NCBI GenBank assembly: GCA_003154115.1 | Contig: PMCF01000212.1 | Coordinates: 1,277-65,276, forward strand | DNA length: 64,000 nt | Origin: Anaerolineae bacterium | GTDB taxonomy: Bacteria; Chloroflexota; Anaerolineae; Fen-1058 | Reading direction: 5' to 3' | Shown: one piece after another, positions 20,515-27,900 of the stretch | Layout: every line of letters begins with the position of its first letter | How positions within the stretch are numbered: the first letter of the stretch is position 1 | The notes under the pieces: generated by a model | Told to the model about the DNA's origin: nothing | The model's database searches: none | Seen by the model: only the letters and a program-made list of their open reading frames with translations | Made by a program: the position numbers and the translations under genes

Positions 20515-21383
20515 GCGTATCAGTCGCCGGATGGGGCGAAGGGAATTTCAGCGTGAGCGAGTTACCAGCCGTAAGTGTTACGCCTTTCAAGATTGCCATC
20601 GGCAGCCAGAAGGGCGGCGTGTCGAAGACGACGACGACGCTGTCGTTGGGCGCGTGCCTGGCCGAAAGCAACGGCACGCCAGCGCGCCACGTCTTGCTGA
20701 TCGATCTTGATCCGCAGGCCAATCTCACCCTGGCGCTGGGCGTGAATCCTGGCACGCTGCGCCGCATGATCGGCGACGCGTTGTTGGAGCAAACCTCGCT
20801 GCTCGCCATCAGCCGGGAAAGCGCGATTCCCAACCTTGATCTGGTTCCGGCGAATCAGGGCCTGTTGGTGTTGGACAAAGTCCTGTTTGGCCGTCCGGGG
20901 TTTGAATATCGGCTCAAGCAGCAGCTCGGCGGTCCGATCGCGCAGCACTATGACATCGCCCTATTCGACTGTCCGCCCGCCTTCGGCACGTTGACGATGA
21001 ATGCCCTGACGGCCGCTGACTTGTTGGTGATTCCCGTGCCCTGCGATTATTTTTCGGCCCGCTCATTGCCACAGTTCCTGGAGCTGGTGACCCTGGTCCA
21101 GCACAATACCAACCCGGCGCTGCGCTATCGCATTTTGATCACCATGTACGACAAGCGCAATCGCATCAGCCATATTATCCAGGATCAGCTGCGCCGCAAA
21201 TACGGCCACGCCATGCTGAACACCATCATCTCGATCGATACCAAACTGCGAGAAAGCCCGGTGGTCGGCCAGCCGATTACGCAGTATGCGCCAAACTCAC
21301 GGAGTGCGCAGGAATATCAGGCACTCGCCACGGAGTTGATGCAAGATGAGCAAACGCGAACGACATCTCAAGCAGCGGCTTGA
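20499..21383 (+). CDS. orphan ParA/MinD-family P-loop ATPase
   Basis: Deviant Walker A GSQKGGVSKTTTT, then LLIDLDPQANLT and Walker B YDIALFDCPP. The GTG start at 20499 overlaps the upstream gene by 16 nt, and GTG 20553 is also possible. The 3' end overlaps the next gene by 38 nt. No ParB-like gene is present. Confidence 0.8.
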   Translation: MAYALGVSVAGWGEGNFSVSELPAVSVTPFKIAIGSQKGGVSKTTTTLSLGACLAESNGTPARHVLLIDLDPQANLTLALGVNPGTLRRMIGDALLEQTSLLAISRESAIPNLDLVPANQGLLVLDKVLFGRPGFEYRLKQQLGGPIAQHYDIALFDCPPAFGTLTMNALTAADLLVIPVPCDYFSARSLPQFLELVTLVQHNTNPALRYRILITMYDKRNRISHIIQDQLRRKYGHAMLNTIISIDTKLRESPVVGQPITQYAPNSRSAQEYQALATELMQDEQTRTTSQAAA

Positions 21384-24300
21384 CGAACTCTTTTCGACGG
21401 CCGAGGAATCTGAAGCGGTGGCGGCTGGCGCATCAGCCGCGTCAGCCGTTCAGTCGCCCACCCCGATCGAGCCGGCAACCCGTCCCCCGCAGGGTGATCT
21501 GGTACGCCTGCTCACGGTTATTGAGCAGCTGCCCCTGCCCGCCTACCTCAAAGATCACGAGCACACCTGGGTTGCCGTCAACGCGGCTTACGGCGAGCTG
21601 ATCGGTCATGCACCGGCCAAGCTCATCGGCCACACCGACAAAGAACAAGCCGACGAAGCCTGGCAGCTGGACGATCGGGTGTTAGACACCGGCCAGCCCG
21701 AAGAGACCCAGGAGACCACCACCCTATCCGATGGATCGATCCGCACCCGACGCATCAAGCGCACTGCGCTATTCAACGATCAGCACGAGGTGCAATATGT
21801 GCTGGGGTTGGTGCAAGAGCAAGATGTGGCGCCGCACCAACGCGTCGAAGAAGATTTGTCGAAATTCAAATTGGGCATTGATCGGACCAACGCCGCGGTG
21901 ACGATTACCGATGCACGGGGCACCATTGTGTATGTTAATCCGGCCCATGAAAAAATCTACGGCTACTCACGTGAAGAAGTTATCGGGCAAAATCCGCGCC
22001 TCTTGAAGTCAGGACGTGTTTCGCCCGAACAGTATCAGCGTTTTTGGGCACGGCTGCTCGCCGGCGAGCCAGTGACGGGCGAGATTATCAATAAGGCCAA
22101 AGATGGGCGGCTGGTTCCGGTTGAAACGAACAACACGCCCATTCTGGACGCGAATGGAAAAATCACCGGCTTCCTCTCGATTCAATATGACATCAGCGAG
22201 CGCAAGCAGGCTGAAGCCGATTTGCGCAAATTCAAGTTGGGGCTGGATCGGTCATCCGCGGCAATCTTCATCACTACGCGCGAGGGCGAGATTACTTACG
22301 TGAATCCCGCCTTTGAGAAGACCTATGGTTATCTGCCAGAAGAGGCGATTGGCCGGACGCCGCGCATCTTGAAATCGGGCGTGATTCCGCAGGAGCAATA
22401 CACGCACTTCTGGCAAACGCTGCTGGCGGGCCAGACGGTGGCGGGCGAGATCATTAACAGAACCAAAGACGGGCGGCTGATCCCGATTGAAGGCAGTAAC
22501 AGCCCCATTCTGGACGACGACGGCAACATCATCGGCTTTCTGTCCATACACACCGACATCACGGAACGCAAGCAGGCCGAGGCCGAGCGCGAACAACTCC
22601 TGAAGAGTGAAGCGAAACGCGCTGTGCAACTGCAAACCGCCGCCGAGATCTCCAGCGCGGCCAGTACCGTGCTCGACGTGGATGAGCTGCTGCCCTTTGT
22701 GGTGAATCTCATTCAACAACGGTTTAGCCTGTACTACGTAGGCTTGTTTTTCGTCAACGCGACTTACCAGTCGGCGGTGCTGCGCGCCGCCACAGGTGAA
22801 GCCGGGCGCAACATGCTGGAACACGGTCATCAGTTACCCATTGACGACCGGTCAATGATTGGCTGGTGCATCGGCCATGAGACGGCCCGCATTGCTTCGG
22901 ATGTGGGTGAGGATGCCGTCCGCTTTAGCAACCCCGATCTACCCGAAACCCATTCAGAGCTGGCCCTGCCGCTCATCTCGCGTGGTCAAGTCCTCGGAGC
23001 GATGAGTGTACAAAGCGCTGAGGTCGCCGCCTTCAGCCCGCAAGATATTTCCGTGCTGCAGACCATGGCCAACCAGGTCGCCACCGCCATTGCCAATGCG
23101 CAATTATTGGAACAGTCCCGCGCGGCAAGTCGGCAGGCCGAAGCCCGCCTGCGCGAGACACAATTCTTGCAGCGTGTGGGCCAGGCTTCTTCAGCTTACC
23201 TGGATCCGGAGCGCGTCTATGATGTGGCGTTTGACGCGCTGGAAAACGAAATGAACTTCACCCACATCGCTTTGAATATTTTCAACGAGAAAGAAGACCG
23301 CGCGGTGGTCATTCGGGCTTCAGGCACGGCCAAGGAGCAGCAGGGACTTGATCGGCGTATGTCGGCCCTGCAAAACGACATCATTATGATCGTAGCGCGC
23401 CACGGCAAGATCGAAGTCATCGACGGGTGGGACGACCGTTTCGATCGGGACATCTATGAGGCGTATGGCCATGCGACTTTGGTGCGCGCCTTTGTGCCGC
23501 TGCGGCTGCGCGGCCAAAGCATCGGCCTGCTGGAAGCGGGTTATCAGCACGCCGAGCGCCCTCTGCTCACCGCCAACGAAGTGCGTTTGCTGGGCAGCCT
23601 GGCCGACTTGATTGCCGTCGCCGTCAGCAATGCCCGGCTCTTTGAAGAGACGCAGCGCCGCATCACCGAACTGGCCGTCGTCAACGAAATCAGCCGCACC
23701 CTGACCTCAACCCAAGACGTCAATCAGCTCTTCGTGACGATCCATCAACAAGTCGGGCGACTCTTTGAAGCATCCAACTTCTATATTGCCACCTATGACG
23801 GCGGCGATGAATGGTCGCTTGATTATCAATTTGAGCGTGATCAACTCTTGCCGCCGGCTAAACACAAGCTGGGGCGCGGTTTTACCAGCTACATCTTGCA
23901 GACCAGGCAACCGCTCTTGATCCGCTCTGCCCAAGAGAACACTGCCTTCCACGAGAAGCATGATCTGCCCAAGATTGGTGAAACCGCAAAATCCTGGATG
24001 GGGGTGCCCCTGATTGTAACGGGCAACATCACCGGCGTGATGGGGATTCAGAGCTACGAGCGTGAAGGACTCTACGACGAGCACAATGTCGCCCTGTTTT
24101 CGACAATCGGCACCCAGGCGGCCACGGCCATTCAAAACACGCGGCTGCTACAAGAGGCGCGCCTTCGGGCCAATGAGTTAGCCGCCTTGAACGAGTTGAG
24201 CCGGACACTCGCTTCGCAATTAAGTGTTAATCAAGTCTTGGAAGAAGTGTGGCAGGGCGTGTCACACCTGCTGGATACGACTAACTTTTATATCGCGCTC

Positions 24301-24900
24301 TACGATCCCGAGCGCCAAGAAATCTCGTTCCCCGTCAATGCTTCTGAATCCGTGCTGGACAAAGAGATCACCGTCATGCCAGCCAGTCAAGGCTTGACAG
24401 GCTATATTATCCGCACCGGGCAGCCTTTGCTCATCAAAGAAGATGTCCAAAGCACGGTCGACCGGCTGGGACTAGAAAATGTCGGCGCGAGATCACAATC
24501 TTATCTAGGTGTGCCGATTGCGGTTGGAGATCAGATCCTTGGCGCGGTCGCCCTTCAAAGCTATACCAAGGCCCGCGTGTATAACGAACACGATCAAGAT
24601 CTACTCATGGCGATTGCGGGTCAAACGGCGATTGCTCTGCAAAACGCGCGCCTGTTCGAGCAGATTCAGCGCACTGCCAAGCGCGAACAAACCCTGCGCG
24701 AACTGGCCGCACAAGTCCGCAGCTCAAGCGATCCCGACACGATCGTGCGCACGGCGGTGCGGGAATTGGGCATGGCTTTGGGTCGGCAGACTTTCATTCG
24801 TTTGGGGGATGCCGCGCAGCTGATCAAACCACCTGCGCCACCCAAGGCGGTCCCGGTGTCCGACAACGGGTCTGGCCCTGGATCGGAAGGAGGCCAGTAA
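21346..24900 (+). CDS. array member A: 3xPAS + 4xGAF protein, no recognisable output domain
   Basis: 1184 aa. Two tandem FKLG[IL]DR-type PAS domains, one signature GAF (LRAATGEAG, RFSNPDLPETHSELALPL), a DGWDDRFDR GAF and two further GAFs. It ends with the conserved C-terminal cap (ARLFEQIQRTAKREQTLRELAAQVRSSSDPDTIVRTAVRELG). Confidence 0.85.
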   Translation: MSKRERHLKQRLDELFSTAEESEAVAAGASAASAVQSPTPIEPATRPPQGDLVRLLTVIEQLPLPAYLKDHEHTWVAVNAAYGELIGHAPAKLIGHTDKEQADEAWQLDDRVLDTGQPEETQETTTLSDGSIRTRRIKRTALFNDQHEVQYVLGLVQEQDVAPHQRVEEDLSKFKLGIDRTNAAVTITDARGTIVYVNPAHEKIYGYSREEVIGQNPRLLKSGRVSPEQYQRFWARLLAGEPVTGEIINKAKDGRLVPVETNNTPILDANGKITGFLSIQYDISERKQAEADLRKFKLGLDRSSAAIFITTREGEITYVNPAFEKTYGYLPEEAIGRTPRILKSGVIPQEQYTHFWQTLLAGQTVAGEIINRTKDGRLIPIEGSNSPILDDDGNIIGFLSIHTDITERKQAEAEREQLLKSEAKRAVQLQTAAEISSAASTVLDVDELLPFVVNLIQQRFSLYYVGLFFVNATYQSAVLRAATGEAGRNMLEHGHQLPIDDRSMIGWCIGHETARIASDVGEDAVRFSNPDLPETHSELALPLISRGQVLGAMSVQSAEVAAFSPQDISVLQTMANQVATAIANAQLLEQSRAASRQAEARLRETQFLQRVGQASSAYLDPERVYDVAFDALENEMNFTHIALNIFNEKEDRAVVIRASGTAKEQQGLDRRMSALQNDIIMIVARHGKIEVIDGWDDRFDRDIYEAYGHATLVRAFVPLRLRGQSIGLLEAGYQHAERPLLTANEVRLLGSLADLIAVAVSNARLFEETQRRITELAVVNEISRTLTSTQDVNQLFVTIHQQVGRLFEASNFYIATYDGGDEWSLDYQFERDQLLPPAKHKLGRGFTSYILQTRQPLLIRSAQENTAFHEKHDLPKIGETAKSWMGVPLIVTGNITGVMGIQSYEREGLYDEHNVALFSTIGTQAATAIQNTRLLQEARLRANELAALNELSRTLASQLSVNQVLEEVWQGVSHLLDTTNFYIALYDPERQEISFPVNASESVLDKEITVMPASQGLTGYIIRTGQPLLIKEDVQSTVDRLGLENVGARSQSYLGVPIAVGDQILGAVALQSYTKARVYNEHDQDLLMAIAGQTAIALQNARLFEQIQRTAKREQTLRELAAQVRSSSDPDTIVRTAVRELGMALGRQTFIRLGDAAQLIKPPAPPKAVPVSDNGSGPGSEGGQ

Positions 24901-24901
24901 G

Positions 24902-27900
24902 ATGTATCCACAACTCGCCGCACAAATCCGAAAGCAACTTCCTGCGTTCGTCGATCAATATGATGCGCAGCTGCGCCATGTCCCCGGCTACGCCGGCGTA
25001 CCAGAGCCTGCGCGCCGTGACCTGGAACAGCAGGTACTCCAGATTATGGCCGACTGCCTTGAGGGCGGCGACGATAGCGCGTTGATTCAATACATTCACG
25101 AACGTGCCGAGCAGGTACTGGCCCGCGGCTTTCAACCCGAATGGTTTCAACAAGCCGTGACTCTGGCCGAAGAGATCATCACGCCGCTGATCAAGAAAGT
25201 GGATGAAGGCAACTTCGTATGGCGCGCCATGAATCACGCGCAGACTACCGCCTGGCAAATCGTCGCCCGCGAACGCACGCAAGTGGAAGAAGCGTTACGC
25301 CACAGCACCGAACAGCAACAGCACACCGCCCGGCAATTACGCGCTGCCCTCGAAGCGACCAACGAACTCATCCAGGTGCAAGACCTCGACACACTCTATC
25401 GCCGCACGGTGGAATTGGTCCGTGAGAAATTTGGCATAGAGCGGTGCGGGCTGTACTTGACTGATGAGTCCCATCAATACCTGCTGGGCACCTATGGAAC
25501 CGATGATCACCGGCATACGACGGACGAGCGCGGCGCCCAGCGCACTACCGCCGAATTTGAAGTCATTCTGACCACCAGCCCAGAGCAGCTATGGGTGGTG
25601 CGTGAAACGCCCCACGTTTTCTTCGAAAACGGTGTCGAGCATACCCTGGGGGCGGGCTGGGTGGTTGGCACCGTTCTGCGCGGCGCGGCCGGGCCGATCG
25701 GCATTCTGTTCAACGACAACGCCCTCAGCGGCCAACCGGTCGACGAAGCGCAACAAGAAGCGCTGGCGGTTTATTGTTCTGCGGTCGGTTCGATCATTGA
25801 GCGCAAGCGGACAGAGCAAGAACTGAAAAGCAATTTTCAGATGCAGCAGTTACTGAGTACACTGCTCACGATCTCACTGGAGAACCTTCCTCTGCTGGAG
25901 CAACTCGAACGTGCTTTGGACACCATCACGACATCGCCCTTCCTGCCGATCAAGCCCCAGAGTGGAATCTTTTTGGTCGAGCAGAACAATGTGTTGACGC
26001 TCAAAGTGAGCCATAACCTGGCCCCGCAACTGCTATCCTTGTGTGCCCTGGTGCCGTTCGGCCGCTGCTTGTGCGGCCGGGCCGCCGCAACGGGGCAGAT
26101 CCAATTCGCAGATTGCGTGGATGAGCGCCACGAAAATCAATTTGAAGGGATGCGTCCGCATGGGCACTATAACGTTCCCATCCTATCCCAAGGCAAACTG
26201 CTGGGCGTGATGGTACTCTATGTGCAAGAGGGCCATCGCCCGGAGAAACGCGAAGAAGAATATCTGCGTGCAGTCGCCAATACCCTGGCCGGCATAATCG
26301 AGCGCAAGCAGTTGGAGCAGCGCATTCGAGAATCGCTGGAGCGGCGTAGTCGTCAGGTACAGACCTCCACCGAGGTCGCGCAAGAGATCGCTTCTGCCAC
26401 CGATCTGAAGGAACTATTCCAGCGCGTGGTAACGCTGATCAAAGAACGCTTCGACTACTACCACGCGCAGCTCTTCCGCTACGAACCCGCCCAGGGCGCC
26501 GTAGTCTTGATCACGGGCTACGGCGAGATCGGCCAGAAGATGCTGGCGTCCGGGCACAAGTTACCCATGGGCCGAGGCGTGGCGGGCACCGCCGCAGCCA
26601 CGGGCGAATCGATTTTGGTCGCCGATGTCCACCAAGATAAAGATTGGCAGCCCAATCCCAACCTGCCCGAGACGCGTGGCGAGCTCGCCGTCCCGATCAA
26701 GCTGCGCGATCAAGTGCTGGGCATTCTCGACGTGCAAAGCGATCGAGCCGGGGCTTTGACTGATGACGATCGTTTACTACTGGAGGGCCTCTGCGGTCAA
26801 ATCGCCGTGGCGCTGGAAAGCACGCGCCTGCTGGAAGAATTGCGTCGCGGTGAAGCCCAGTTGTCTGAGGCGTTGAAGATCGCCAAACTCGCTTACTGGG
26901 AATACGACGTTGAAAAAGACTTGTTCCTCTTCAACGATCAATTCTACGCCCTCTTTCACACGACGGCGGAGCAGGAAGGCGGCTATCAGCTCTCGTCGGC
27001 GCAGTATGCCGGGAAGTTCGTCTATCCTGACGATCTGCCCGTCGTGGGCGTCGAGATCGAACGTGCGCTCAATTCCACCGATCGGCATTACAGCCGCGAT
27101 CTCGTCCATCGCATTCAGTACGCCGACGGCGGCGTCGGTTACATCTCCGTCAGCATCAATATCGACCGCGACGAGCAGGGTCGCATCCTGCGCTACTACG
27201 GCGCCAATCAGGACATCACCGAAAGCAGGTTAGCCGAACAGACGATCAAAGAAGAACAGCAGCGCACGCAGACCATCCTGGAGACGGTCACGGTGCCCAT
27301 GATCATCTCGCGCCTATCCGATAGCAAGATTTTATATGCGAACCAGGCGTTGGCCCAGTTCCGCCACCTGGCCGTGGAGGAGATGATTGGCAGCCGCACG
27401 GCGGACTATTTCGTCAATCCCGACGACCGGCGCAAGATCGTCGAGGCGCTCCAACAGCAAGGCTATGTCATCGATTTTGAAACCCAACTCTTGGGCAGTG
27501 ACGGGGCGCCATCCTGGGTGTTGCTCTCGGCCCGAATCGTCAAGTATCAGAACGACACCTCCGTCCTAACGACCTACATCGATATCACCGATCGCAAGCT
27601 GGCCGAAGAGGTGTTGCGCCGCAGTGAAGCCCAATTGTCCGAGGCGTTGAAGATCGCCAAACTCGCCTACTGGGAATACGACGTCGAAAAGGATCTGTTC
27701 CTCTTCAACGAGCAGTTCTACTCGATCTTCCATACCACCGTCGAACAAGAAGGTGGCTATCAGCTCTCGTCGGCGCAGTATGCCGGGAAGTTCGTCTATC
27801 CTGACGATCTGCCCGTGGTCGGCAGTGAAATCGAGCGGGCGCTCAACTCCACCGATCAGCACTACAGCCGCGATCTCGTCCATCGCATTCAGTACGCCGA

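Noticed and set aside
20499-21383. ParA as a marker of a plasmid or integrated-element partition locus.
   Set aside because: There is no ParB, no replication or integrase gene and no centromere-like iterons. Composition matches the flanks, and the gene overlaps signalling genes on both sides.
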